A stretch of 32,000 nt of DNA from Nostocoides sp. F2B08 (GTDB lineage Bacteria > Actinomycetota > Actinomycetes > Actinomycetales > Dermatophilaceae): contig NZ_WESE01000010.1 in the NCBI RefSeq assembly GCF_009184895.1, forward strand, positions 15,164 to 47,163, written 5' to 3'. The position numbers and the translations under genes were made by a program. A model generated the notes under the pieces. It searched no databases, was not told where the DNA came from, and saw only the letters and a list, made by a program, of their open reading frames with translations. Positions 1 through 9,310 of the stretch are shown here, in pieces. How positions within the stretch are numbered: the first letter of the stretch is position 1; every line of letters starts with the position of its first letter.

Positions 1-418
1 TGGTCGACATAGTCCGGCTCCACCCCGGCACGAATAGCCGCCTCTTCGCGGGGATGCCACGTCACGACCCAAGGGTATCGAGGCCACTGTTGCCCGAAGC
101 CTGGCTCGCGCCAAGGGCGAGGCCCAAGGCGTGCATCGAGGACTCCGCCGAGACGCTGCGCGGACAGCGTCTGCCGCACCTGTTCGGCACCGGCAACAAG
201 CCTGCGGCGATGCCGATCACAGTCCCGGTGCTGCGGGGCGAAGAGCCGCTGCCATGGGGACTCGTCCCGGTGCACGTTCGGCAGCCGCGCATACACCGAC
301 GGATCGACGGAGGAGGGCAGGTGCGCGGCCATCTGAGTGGGGTGCGATGTCCGCCGAGGAGCACCTGTCAGGGCACGGCGACGCGGGCGAGCCGGCACGC
401 TCACCCCACAGGCGCTGG

Positions 419-1072
419 TCAGCGCCGGGCCAGGCTGTCCATCGCCTCCGCGACGGTCACCGTGCCGTCTCGGAAGCGAATCACGAGACCACCGAGATCG
501 CTGCGGCCCACTACACCCGCGATAACCTCGGCGACGTTGCCTCGCGAGGTGACGCCCTCCTCGACGTGGTCGCCGTACTCGATGCGGCCGGTCGGCTCGT
601 CGAGGGTGAGCTGTCCGGGGCCGAGGATGGTCCAGTCCAGTGCCGTCCGGCGCAGGTGGTCGTCAGCGGCTGCCTTCGCGGTGGCGTAGGCATGGAACGG
701 GTTGTCCTCAGGGACGTTGTCCCGACCCGAACCGACGTAGGAGACCATGACGAACCGTCCGACACCCTCGGCAACCGCCGCGTCGATAGCACGGATGGCG
801 GCGTCCCGGTCGACGGCATACGTCCGCTTCGGACTTCCACCACCGGCTCCCGCAGACCACACGATGACGTCGCTGCCGCGCACCAGGGCACCAATGGCCG
901 TCTGGTCCAGATGCTCGACGTCTGCCACGACCGCCGTGGCGCCAGCCGCCTCAACATCCGGCACGTGCGCCGCGTTGCGCACCACGGACCTGACGTCGTG
1001 ACCGTCTGCTGCCAGCAGCGGGGCAGCCAACAGGGCTACCTTCCCGTGTCCACCGATGATCGTGACTCTCAT
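419..1072 (-). CDS. NAD(P)H-binding atypical SDR / NmrA-like oxidoreductase
   Basis: 217-aa ORF. It has an N-terminal Rossmann dinucleotide-binding motif (MRVTIIGGHGKVALLAAPLL) and a length and layout typical of the NAD(P)H-binding (NmrA/YhfK-like) family. The sequence is not low-complexity, unlike the overlapping shadow ORFs. Confidence 0.85.
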   Translation of the reverse strand: MRVTIIGGHGKVALLAAPLLAADGHDVRSVVRNAAHVPDVEAAGATAVVADVEHLDQTAIGALVRGSDVIVWSAGAGGGSPKRTYAVDRDAAIRAIDAAVAEGVGRFVMVSYVGSGRDNVPEDNPFHAYATAKAAADDHLRRTALDWTILGPGQLTLDEPTGRIEYGDHVEEGVTSRGNVAEVIAGVVGRSDLGGLVIRFRDGTVTVAEAMDSLARR

Positions 1073-1346
1073 CCATGCAACCTATCGAGGATCCAAACGC
1101 GGACGCGGTGGCGGCTCCTGCCCGACTTCGAGCTCCGATGGCCGCCGACGCGCATCGCGCAGACAGGTGCCTCATCCAGGAGGGGTGATCTGGACGCGGC
1201 CATCAGCCGATAACGTCTTGCCTCGCTGGAGCAAGCCTGGCCGGCCCACCCCGACCCGCGTCTGGGAACGGCCCGGCTATGGCTCGGCCGACGCCTTGGC
1301 CCGTTTCGGGTCTCTCGGCGAGGAAGCGAACAAGGAGGAACGGGCG

Positions 1347-1709
1347 ATGATCAGAATCATGGATGGCATGCCGGCAGGGGTCCTCGGTCTCCAGGCGATC
1401 GATGACGTGGAGAAGGAGGACTATCGCAACGTCGTGGTGCCAGCAGTCGAGGCTGCTTTGGCCGACCACGGAAAGGTGCGTCTGGTCTACGTCCTCGGTC
1501 CCGAGTTCGACGAGTACGAGGAAGACGCGGTCTGGGAGGACCTCAAGCTCGGTGTCCGCCATCCTTCGTCCTTTGAGCGGATCGCGATCGTGACCGATGC
1601 GCGGTGGGCAGGAGCCATGGTCAGAATCTTCAGCATCGTGTGGCCGGGACAGGCGCGAGCGTTTCCCCTTGCCGAGCTCGAGACCGCGAAGCGGTGGGCT
1701 GCCGAGTAG
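1347..1709 (+). CDS. STAS/SpoIIAA-like domain protein
   Basis: The internal ATG at 1347 is preceded by AAGGAGG (1332-1338). The 120-aa product MIRIMDGMPAGVLGLQAIDDVEKEDYRNVVVPAVEAAL...ERIAIVTDARWAGAMVRIFS resembles the small SpoIIAA-like/STAS family. The 97 codons upstream in the ORF track are Arg/Gly/Pro-rich and were judged non-coding. Confidence 0.7.
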   Translation: MIRIMDGMPAGVLGLQAIDDVEKEDYRNVVVPAVEAALADHGKVRLVYVLGPEFDEYEEDAVWEDLKLGVRHPSSFERIAIVTDARWAGAMVRIFSIVWPGQARAFPLAELETAKRWAAE

Positions 1710-1822
1710 GGAACCTGACGCCTCCACGGCGACCGCGCCACAGGCCGACGGTCCAGCCGAAGCGGCGCGCCGTTGTGAACTTCCGACGGCCGACGAAGGG
1801 CGGAACGGCCGCCGACCCGTGT

Positions 1823-2340
1823 GGGGTGCACACTGCAGGGATCGCTCCTCGTCTGGACGGACCGGCGGTGGGAGCCGCCATGGAGATCATGCTCTGGCAT
1901 GGGTGAATGGGCCGACGCCGTCGGTGTGGCCGAGCAGGGCAAGCTCGACCTCGACAGCCCGGCCTCCACGTACCTGCCGGTGCAGCAGTGGCCAACGGTG
2001 CGACCACGCGGCAGCTCCTCGGGCACCGCGCCGCGATCCCCGACCCCGGCCAGGAGCCCTACGCTGCGGTTTTCACCGCCCCGGACGCGCACTGGTCCAC
2101 CGAACAGGTCCTCGCCCCGGCGCCCCGATGGCGAGCGAGCCGCCAGGAGAAGAGCTCTACCAGGACGCCGTGAACTACGTCCTGGCCGGGCTCGTGGTGC
2201 TGGAGGCGACCGGACGCTGCACCGGCGAAGCCGTCGACGAAGACCTGTGCACGCCCTTCCGCTCCCTGGCCAGCGCGGAAGCCGCAGCTAGGACTCGCTT
2301 CACCCTGCCTCGCGACAACAAGCACTCGCATATGGCTGAT
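1823..2340 (+). pseudogene. Decayed beta-lactamase-family serine hydrolase remnant (at least 2 frameshifts, SxxK lost)
   Basis: Beta-lactamase-family (PF00144-like) blocks appear in order but in three different frames. The 1821 frame has WADAVGVAEQGKLDLDSPASTYLP. The 1907 frame has ATTRQLLGHRAAIPD. The 1597 frame has PPGEELYQDAVNYVLAGLVVLEATGRCTGEAVDEDLCTPF. Where SxxK is expected the sequence reads MEIMLWHG followed by a stop. There is no intact N- or C-terminus. Confidence 0.6.
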
Positions 2341-2446
2341 CCCAGCCATCCGTCGCGGCGATCGGATGGGACTCGGCATGACCGGGGCTGTTGCCCAGGG
2401 GTGCGGCTGAATCGGGATCATTCGCACTCGGTGCGAGTTGAGGGAG

Positions 2447-3568
2447 TCATTCGTCGAGATGGGGGACGACCGCGATCTCGAGCATGCTGACCGCCGACTC
2501 GGAGCCGAACTGCTTGGCCCCCCGGAGCGGATCCCTCTCGTCGTACTCGGTCGCGACCGCGAGTACGATCCCCAGCGCGGGGAGGACGTGGAGGACCTGC
2601 CCGCCCAGACCGAAGGCCATGTACCCGGGCTCGTCGGCGACGTCGGTGATCCACCACATGTACCCGTAGCCCGTCGTCCCTGGCTCTCTCGCCTCTACGT
2701 GAGCCGTGGTCGCCTGCTCCACCCACTCGGCCGGCACCACCTGCTGTCCCTCCCAGCGTCCCTCGTCCAGGTACACCTGCCCGATGGCGGCCAGGTCCTG
2801 TGGGCGCAGCTTGACGCAGCATGAACCCTCGTGGACACCCTGAGGGTCGACCGGCCAGGTGAAGTCGGCGTCCCAGTACTGCTCGTACACCGCTGCGGCA
2901 GCTGCCGCGTCGCTGAAGTCGAAGGCCGGCTCGAAGGCCGGCTCGCTGGGGATCCCGAGCGGGTCGAACAACTTCTCGCGGGCATAGTCCAGGACCGACA
3001 CGCCGGTTGCCTCGACCAGGATCGCCGACAGCAGATGTGCCCCGGCGTTGGAGTAGACGAAGGAGCCATCGACCGGCCCGCTCTCGTTTCGGTCGGCCAG
3101 GATCTGCCCGACCCAGTCCTCGGCGGTGAAGAACTCCCGTGTGGCATCACCGGTATCGGGAGCGAACCCGCCGGTATGCGTGAGCACCTGGTCCAGGGTC
3201 ACTGCGGCGGTCTCCTCGCTCATCTCCGCCATTCGTGACGGCAGCAGCTCGCCCAACGTGGACTCCACCCCGGCGATGAGCCCCTCACCGACGGCGATCC
3301 CCACCAAGGTTCCCACCAGGGACTTGGTGACCGACCGGGTGTCCCAGTAATCCTCCGGCATGGAACCCGTGTATCGCTCCACCACCGCCTCGCCGTCACG
3401 GTGCAGGAGCACCGCGCGGACCTGAGCATCCGAGTCCGCCAGCGCCAGATACTCCTCCACCGCGGGCTCGACGTCAGCGGCAAGCTCCTGCGCCGTAGGA
3501 CCGGGCGCCGAGCACCCCCCGACGACGAGCGTCACCGCAACCGTGGCGCACCACAACTGACGTCGCAC
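2447..3568 (-). CDS. Serine hydrolase (beta-lactamase/PBP4-like family) lipoprotein
   Basis: 373 aa with a GTG start preceded by GGAGG at 6-nt spacing. The N-terminus has a signal peptide and lipobox (TLVVGGCS). The catalytic SxxK is present (SVTK), and YSNAG and HTGG blocks typical of PF00144 serine hydrolases follow. Confidence 0.85.
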   Translation of the reverse strand: MRRQLWCATVAVTLVVGGCSAPGPTAQELAADVEPAVEEYLALADSDAQVRAVLLHRDGEAVVERYTGSMPEDYWDTRSVTKSLVGTLVGIAVGEGLIAGVESTLGELLPSRMAEMSEETAAVTLDQVLTHTGGFAPDTGDATREFFTAEDWVGQILADRNESGPVDGSFVYSNAGAHLLSAILVEATGVSVLDYAREKLFDPLGIPSEPAFEPAFDFSDAAAAAAVYEQYWDADFTWPVDPQGVHEGSCCVKLRPQDLAAIGQVYLDEGRWEGQQVVPAEWVEQATTAHVEAREPGTTGYGYMWWITDVADEPGYMAFGLGGQVLHVLPALGIVLAVATEYDERDPLRGAKQFGSESAVSMLEIAVVPHLDE

Positions 3569-3725
3569 GACCCACCTCCACCGGTGAGTATCGGACCCTG
3601 CCCCAACTGTTCACGGTACTCTCGCGCCTCCTCCACCGTCCAGCATCAACCACTCCTCGACCGGGTAGACAGAGGAGTGGATGGATGCCCGTTCGCCTGC
3701 GGGGGCGCCGTGGCAAGGTGGGCCC

Positions 3726-4763
3726 ATGACCATTCGCACGGCGCTCGTCGGATACGGGTTCGGCGGACGCTCTTTCCACGCTCCGTTCGTAGCCGCTGAC
3801 TCGGACCTGACACTGGCGGCGGTCGTCACCAGCGACCCGGAGCGATCCCGGCAGGTGCGCGCGGAACACCCGGAAGCCGAAGTCGTGCCGAGCCTCGAGA
3901 CCCTGCTTGCCCGAGCTGACGACTTCGGCCTCGAGCTCGGCATCGTCTCGACCCCACCGTTCGGACACGCGAGGCAGGCGACCGCGCTGCTCGAGGCCGG
4001 GCTGCACGTCGTCGTCGACAAGCCGCTCACCGTGACCAGCGAAGAGGGGCACGCGCTCATCGCATGTGCTGAGCGCGTCGGTCGCACGTTGACGCCGTAC
4101 CAGAACCGCCGGTGGGACGGTGACTACCTCACGCTACGTCGCCTGCTGAACGCCGGTCAGCTGGGCGAGGTACACCGGTTCGAGTCCCGATTCGAGCGGT
4201 GGAAGCCCAGTGAGACCCGGGCGTGGAAGGCGGGCGCGAGCACCACCGGCGCGGGCGTGCTGTACGACCTCGGGACGCACCTGATCGACCAGGCGGTCCA
4301 GCTGCTGGGCGAGGTCGATGACGCCTACGCCGAAATCCGGACGTTGCGTGCCGGCTCGGACGCGGACGATGACACCTTCGTCGCCCTACAGCACGCGTCC
4401 GGCACGATCTCGCACCTGTGGATGAGCGCAGTCGCGCCGCAGCTCGGCCCGCGCTTTCGCGCGCTCGGCTCGCGGGCGGGGTTCACGTCCTGGGGGGCCG
4501 AGCCGGTCGCACAGCGCCTCACAGCGGAAACGCCAGGCGATCGGAGCGCCCTCGCTGAGCACAAGGACGGCAGGTACGGCCAGGTCGGCGTCGCCGAAGA
4601 CCAGCGCCGTGTCCGGCTAGCCGGCGACGACTACGGGGCTTTCTACCGTGGCGTCGCGCGGGCGATCTCGACCGGGACCCCACCGCCCGTCGACGCGCGG
4701 GACAGCGTGGCCGTCATCGAGCTGATCGAACGGCTGCACCGGGAGCACACCGGGCCGCGCTGA
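3726..4763 (+). CDS. Gfo/Idh/MocA family oxidoreductase
   Basis: The product from the ATG at 3726 begins MTIRTALVGYGFGGRSFHAPF, the characteristic N-terminal Rossmann start of this family. EKP-like VVDKPLT and a C-terminal alpha/beta domain follow. The ORF-track start at 3681 would add 15 atypical residues. Confidence 0.85.
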   Translation: MTIRTALVGYGFGGRSFHAPFVAADSDLTLAAVVTSDPERSRQVRAEHPEAEVVPSLETLLARADDFGLELGIVSTPPFGHARQATALLEAGLHVVVDKPLTVTSEEGHALIACAERVGRTLTPYQNRRWDGDYLTLRRLLNAGQLGEVHRFESRFERWKPSETRAWKAGASTTGAGVLYDLGTHLIDQAVQLLGEVDDAYAEIRTLRAGSDADDDTFVALQHASGTISHLWMSAVAPQLGPRFRALGSRAGFTSWGAEPVAQRLTAETPGDRSALAEHKDGRYGQVGVAEDQRRVRLAGDDYGAFYRGVARAISTGTPPPVDARDSVAVIELIERLHREHTGPR

Positions 4764-4875
4764 ACAGCCGAGCCGTCCAAACGCGACCCGATCGTCCTCT
4801 CCCGGTCGCGACCGGCTCATCACCCCCTCGGCGGGATCCGAACCGAATGTGCCCCGTAGCCACTGCCGCAAGTGG

Positions 4876-6381
4876 TCAGGGGTCGGTCCGGTCGGTCACC
4901 CCGATCGGCGTGGTGCCGACCGCGCAGTGTCGGCGTGGGCAGCTCGGGCCCTCCGTTCGGGGCTGCTCGGGCGCGACCGGCCGCAGCCCGAGAGCGGCGA
5001 TCGCCCCTCCGACTCCCAACAGGACTGCACAGACCAACATCGCCGTCCGGAACGCCGGTTCGAGGGCGGCTGGGTCGTCGAAACCGGCTGATAGACCCGT
5101 GATCGCAGGCAAGGCGGCGACGAGCAGGAGCCCGCCGGTGCGGGCGACGGCGTTGTTCACACCACTGGCCAAACCAGCCCGGCTCTCGTCCACGGCCCCG
5201 AGGACGGTTGCCGTGAGCGGCGTGACCGTCAACGTGAGCCCGGCCCCGAGCAGCGTCACCGGGAGCAGTACATCGGACGCGAAGGAGGCCTCGGACCCGA
5301 TCCGTGTCAACAGACCGACGCCCAGAGCAGCGACGAGGGGCCCGACCGTCATGGGAATCCGTGGACCCAACCTATCTCCGATGACTCCCGCCCGTGGCGA
5401 GAAGAGAAGCATCAGGACTGTGACGGGCAGTAACGCGAAACCCGCCGTCAACGCGCTCCATCCCGCGACGACCTGCAGGGTCACGACCAGCCAGAAGAAG
5501 ACCCCGCCCAAGGCCGCATAGACGACGAAGGTGACGACGTTCGTCACGGCGAACCGAGGCGCGGAGAAGATGCTCAGCGGCAACATCGGGTGAGAGGTGA
5601 GGGCCTCCCAGGCGACGAAGCCCACCACCGCGACGACTCCCAGGACGATGCTCACCTGAACCGCGACGGACTCGAGCCCCTGCTCCGACCAGGCAGCCAG
5701 TCCGTAGGTCAGCGACCCCAGACCTAGAGCCACCAGGAGCGACCCGACCAGGTCGAGACGGCCGACCGCTGACTCGTCCTTGGACTCGGGCACGTGCCGC
5801 GCCGAGATGGCAAGGACGACGAGCACCACCGGGACGTTGATGAAGAAGATCCACCGCCAGGACGCGACGTCGACGAGCCATCCGCCGAGCAGTGGGCCCA
5901 CCGCGCCGGTGATGCCGGCGAGGCCGGACCAGGCCCCGATCGCACGTGACCGGTCCTCCGCCCGGAAACTCGACTGGAGGATCGCCAGCGCACCAGGGGT
6001 GAGCAGTGCGGCACCGACACCCTGAAGGGCCCGGAATCCGATCAGCATCCCGATGTCGATCGCCAGGGCGCAGGCCAGGGACGCCAGCCCGAACCAGGTC
6101 ACGCCGACCATGAAGACGCGGCGCCGACCGAGCCGGTCACCGAGCGACCCACCCACCAGGACGAAGGCCGCGAGCGTCAGGGTGTAGGCGTTGACCGTCC
6201 ACGTGAGGCCGGTGACACCGGCGCCCAGGTCCCGACCGATCGCAGGGAGGGCGATGTTCACCACGGTCGCGTCGAGGAATGCGATGGACGACCCCAGCAC
6301 CGTCGCTGCGAGGACCCACCGGCCGGCGGGCTCGGCAAACCGCAGGCCGCCCGGCTGACTCGAGGCACGATCGGCTGTCAT
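4876..6381 (-). CDS. MFS transporter, DHA2 (EmrB/QacA-like, 14-TMS) family
   Basis: About 500 aa and highly hydrophobic. Motifs LDATVVNIALPAIGRDLG and GGSLGDRLGRRRVF (MFS motif A) are typical of DHA2 drug:H+ antiporters. The start is taken at ATG 6381 (MTADRAS...); ATG 6432 is an alternative. Confidence 0.85.
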   Translation of the reverse strand: MTADRASSQPGGLRFAEPAGRWVLAATVLGSSIAFLDATVVNIALPAIGRDLGAGVTGLTWTVNAYTLTLAAFVLVGGSLGDRLGRRRVFMVGVTWFGLASLACALAIDIGMLIGFRALQGVGAALLTPGALAILQSSFRAEDRSRAIGAWSGLAGITGAVGPLLGGWLVDVASWRWIFFINVPVVLVVLAISARHVPESKDESAVGRLDLVGSLLVALGLGSLTYGLAAWSEQGLESVAVQVSIVLGVVAVVGFVAWEALTSHPMLPLSIFSAPRFAVTNVVTFVVYAALGGVFFWLVVTLQVVAGWSALTAGFALLPVTVLMLLFSPRAGVIGDRLGPRIPMTVGPLVAALGVGLLTRIGSEASFASDVLLPVTLLGAGLTLTVTPLTATVLGAVDESRAGLASGVNNAVARTGGLLLVAALPAITGLSAGFDDPAALEPAFRTAMLVCAVLLGVGGAIAALGLRPVAPEQPRTEGPSCPRRHCAVGTTPIGVTDRTDP

Positions 6382-6630
6382 CCGGGCCCCGGTCTCGCGA
6401 ATGCCATCTGTCGAATGTAGCCAGGCGTACATGCGATGGCGAGAGGAGAGGCGCTCTCAGCCGTTCAGCAAGATCCGACTGGCCGCACGTCCTGGCCGAC
6501 TCGTCGATGTGCAGAAGAACCCTGCAGGTTCCGTGCAGATCTCCCGCGGGTCCGAACTCGGCCGGCGTCGTCCTCAGGCGGCCGCATAGAGCGAGACGGA
6601 ACAGGCGCATACCGAACCCCGCGCTAGCCT

Positions 6631-8658
6631 GTGAACGTGCGTTCACCCCTGTCGCCGACCCCGCGTTCCCCGTCGTCGACGGGGGCGATCATCGTCGTCC
6701 TCGCGCTATGCGGCACCTTGGTCTCACTCCAGCAGACCCTCGTGTTACCCCTGCTGCCCGACTTTCCGGACATCCTCGGCACCTCGATCGACAACGCCTC
6801 GTGGCTGGTCACCGTCACCTTGCTGACCGCCGCCGTCGGGACGCCCATCGTGTCGCGGCTCGCGGACATGTTCGGCAAGCGCCTGATGCTCATCCTCTGC
6901 ATGTGGGCGGTCATCGCGGGATCGGTGATCGCCGCCCTTTCGACCGACCTCGCCGCACTCATCGCGGGTCGCGGACTGGCCGGGCTCGGCGCCTGCCTCG
7001 TGCCCGTCGGCATCAGCATCATGCGGGACCACCTTCCCGCGGACAAGGTCGGCTCGGGGGTGGCGCTGATGTCGGCGACACTCGGCATCGGGGGCGCGGT
7101 GGGCATGCCGCTGGCGGGGGTCATCTATGCCAGCCTCGACTGGCACGCACTCTTCCTCGTCTCCGGCGCATTCGCGGTGGCTATGCTCATCGCGGTCCAT
7201 CTCGTGGTCCCCGAGTCGACGGTCAAGACACGAGGGCGCTTCGACTACGTGGGAGCAACGCTGCTCTCGATCGCCCTCACCTGCTTCCTGCTTGCCGTGA
7301 GCAAAGCCGGATCCTGGGGCTGGGGATCCACGCGGACGCTGAGCCTGCTCGTGGCGGCCGTGCTCGTCATGGCCGTCTGGGTGCCGTGGGAGCTGCGCAG
7401 TGGGCAGCCGCTGGTCGACATCCGCACGTCGACCCGTCGCACGGTTCTGCTGACGAACGCCGCCTCGGTGCTCGTCGGGTTCGCCATGTTCGCCAACTTC
7501 CTCACCGCGGCCCAGCAGGTCCAGATGCCGGTCGAGAGCGGCTACGGCTTCGGCTTGTCCGTGACCGCGACCGGTCTCGTCATGCTCCCGAGTGGCATCC
7601 TCATGGTCGCCATGGCGCCCTTGTCCGCCAGCCTGATCATCCGGGTGGGACCGCGGTCGGTCCTCATCGCGGGCGCCGTCATCATGGCTGCGGGGCTGGT
7701 CGTCCGCGCGCTGCTCTACGGCTCGATCATCGAGGTGATGATCGCTGCCGGAATCGCCTCCCTCGGGACAGCGCTGGCCTTCGCAGCGATGCCGACGTTG
7801 ATCATGCGTGCCGTACCCATCACCGAGACGGCATCGGCCAACGGACTGAACACGCTGCTCCGATCCATCGGCACGTCGTCGGCCTCCGCACTCGTGGCCG
7901 CCGTGTTCGCCTCCGCCGTCATCGACATCGACGGATCAGCCGTGCCGACCCTGGCCGCGTACCAGATCGTCTTCTGGGTCGCGACCGCAGCCGCGCTCGG
8001 CGGTGCCTTCATTGCGGCGTTCATCCAGCGACCCACTATGGCAACCGAGGGAGAGGCGACACCCGGACCCACCGGCGAGCGCACCTTCGTCAAGGATGCC
8101 GGTGCGCTCCCCGAGCTGCTCGCAACCGGCCGCGTGGTCGGCCCGACCGGACGACCGCTCAAGCAGGCGGTCGCGACCGTGCTGCATCCGGACGGTCGGC
8201 ACGTCGACTGGGGTCGCACCGACGACGACGGTCGTTACACCCTCGCCCTGCCCGAGCCCGGCCGTTATCTTCTCGTCGTCTCCGCGGAGGGGTGGGCCCC
8301 ACAGTCCTCGCTGTGCGACCTCGGAGCGGGTGAGAGCGAACCGATCACGATGCAGCGCCGACTCCAGCTCTCGGGCCGCGTCACGGACGGTGGCCGACCG
8401 CTCGGGGACGTGCTGGTCTCGCTCATCAGACACTCCGGCGAGTTCGTGGCGACCTCGACCGCGGACGCGACCGGCGCATACGAAATCGGTCTGCCGCCCC
8501 CCGGGCGATACGTCCTGACCGTCGTCGACCATGCCACCGGACGCACGCGATCCCGTGCCCTGACGATCCTGTCGACCTCGACCACGCTCGACATCGACAT
8601 CGCCACGGGCATCCCACCGGCTCCCACGAGCCCAGGCCGGGCGATGGTGGGGGCATGA
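6631..8658 (+). CDS. MFS transporter (DHA2-like) fused to two C-terminal carboxypeptidase-regulatory-like (CarboxypepD_reg) repeats
   Basis: 675 aa with a GTG start. The first ~480 aa form a polytopic MFS core (SRLADMFGKRLML is motif A). The C-terminal ~175 aa are soluble and contain two repeats: GRVVGPTGRPLKQAVATVLHPDG...TDDDGRYTLALPEPGRYLLVVSAEGW and GRVTDGGRPLGDVLVSLIRHSG...ADATGAYEIGLPPPGRYVLTVV. Confidence 0.85.
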   Translation: MNVRSPLSPTPRSPSSTGAIIVVLALCGTLVSLQQTLVLPLLPDFPDILGTSIDNASWLVTVTLLTAAVGTPIVSRLADMFGKRLMLILCMWAVIAGSVIAALSTDLAALIAGRGLAGLGACLVPVGISIMRDHLPADKVGSGVALMSATLGIGGAVGMPLAGVIYASLDWHALFLVSGAFAVAMLIAVHLVVPESTVKTRGRFDYVGATLLSIALTCFLLAVSKAGSWGWGSTRTLSLLVAAVLVMAVWVPWELRSGQPLVDIRTSTRRTVLLTNAASVLVGFAMFANFLTAAQQVQMPVESGYGFGLSVTATGLVMLPSGILMVAMAPLSASLIIRVGPRSVLIAGAVIMAAGLVVRALLYGSIIEVMIAAGIASLGTALAFAAMPTLIMRAVPITETASANGLNTLLRSIGTSSASALVAAVFASAVIDIDGSAVPTLAAYQIVFWVATAAALGGAFIAAFIQRPTMATEGEATPGPTGERTFVKDAGALPELLATGRVVGPTGRPLKQAVATVLHPDGRHVDWGRTDDDGRYTLALPEPGRYLLVVSAEGWAPQSSLCDLGAGESEPITMQRRLQLSGRVTDGGRPLGDVLVSLIRHSGEFVATSTADATGAYEIGLPPPGRYVLTVVDHATGRTRSRALTILSTSTTLDIDIATGIPPAPTSPGRAMVGA

Positions 8659-9245
8659 CCGAGCCGGACCGCCCCGGCGGATCACACGAGGCGATCATCC
8701 AGTCCGCGCGGAGGCTGTTCGGCGAGCGGGGCTACACGGCCGTGACGATCCGCGCGATCGCCTCCGAGGCCGGCGTCTCCCCTGCGCTCGTGATGAAGGT
8801 GGCCGGCTCGAAGAAGCAGCTCTTCGCCCTCGCCACGCCCAGCGAGCCAACCCCCCTGGCAGCCGATGTGCCCCTCGCCGGACTCGGCGAGCACCTGGTC
8901 CGGCGGATGCTCACGCGGCGCGCCGACGACGACGCCGAACCGTGGCTCCGCGCGGTCTACCTGCTCCTCGACGCCCCCGATCAGGCGGCCGCCCGCGCGG
9001 ACTTCCGGTCCCGCTTCCTCAGCCGGTTCCTTGAGAGCACGAAGGGTCCGAACGCCGACACAGGGCGTCTCGCCGACGAGCTGGCATGCCTGCTCCTCGG
9101 CCTCGCGACCGGACTGCGCACGTTCCGACTCCTCGACCCGCGCACGACCGACCTCGACCGGGTCGTCGAGGAGTACGGAGCACTCATCCAGCAGGTCATC
9201 GACCGGCTCGGTGAGCCTCGTGGGGGGTTCACCCCGCAGGGGTGA
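8655..9245 (+). CDS. TetR/AcrR family transcriptional regulator
   Basis: 196 aa with an N-terminal TetR HTH (IIQSARRLFGERGYTAVTIRAIASEAGVSPALVMKVAGSKKQLF). The ATG overlaps the upstream MFS stop as ATGA at 8655-8658. Confidence 0.9.
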   Translation: MTEPDRPGGSHEAIIQSARRLFGERGYTAVTIRAIASEAGVSPALVMKVAGSKKQLFALATPSEPTPLAADVPLAGLGEHLVRRMLTRRADDDAEPWLRAVYLLLDAPDQAAARADFRSRFLSRFLESTKGPNADTGRLADELACLLLGLATGLRTFRLLDPRTTDLDRVVEEYGALIQQVIDRLGEPRGGFTPQG

Positions 9246-9310
9246 TGCCCGCCGGCGGGCCTGCTCCTACTGTCGACCCAAGCGGGAGCGGCGCGGTTGG
9301 AGGAGCACAC

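Noticed and set aside
1-418. Possible coding sequence at the left edge. Candidates are the plus-frame ORF 54-689, or a minus-strand frame open from ATG 332 (or GTG about 405) to the window edge.
   Set aside because: Position-specific GC over 121-300 (about 52/83/77 %) hints at coding in plus frame 3 or the 332 minus frame. The plus frame has no stop before overlapping the SDR gene by 270 nt. The minus-frame product is Arg/Trp/Pro-rich, has no recognisable motif and lacks a Shine-Dalgarno sequence. I could not decide between a decayed gene and non-coding DNA, so I made no call.
4802-4815. 14-bp perfect palindrome CCGGTCGCGACCGG between the convergent oxidoreductase and MFS genes.
   Set aside because: It has no loop and no flanking U/A tracts. 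GC-rich palindromes of this length occur by chance in such genomes, so it is not called as a terminator.
6279-8333. 684-aa plus-strand ORF overlapping the MFS gene in another frame.
   Set aside because: The composition is extremely Arg/Gly/His/Pro-rich with no motifs. This is a typical shadow ORF of a high-GC gene, and the 6631 frame encodes a clean MFS protein.
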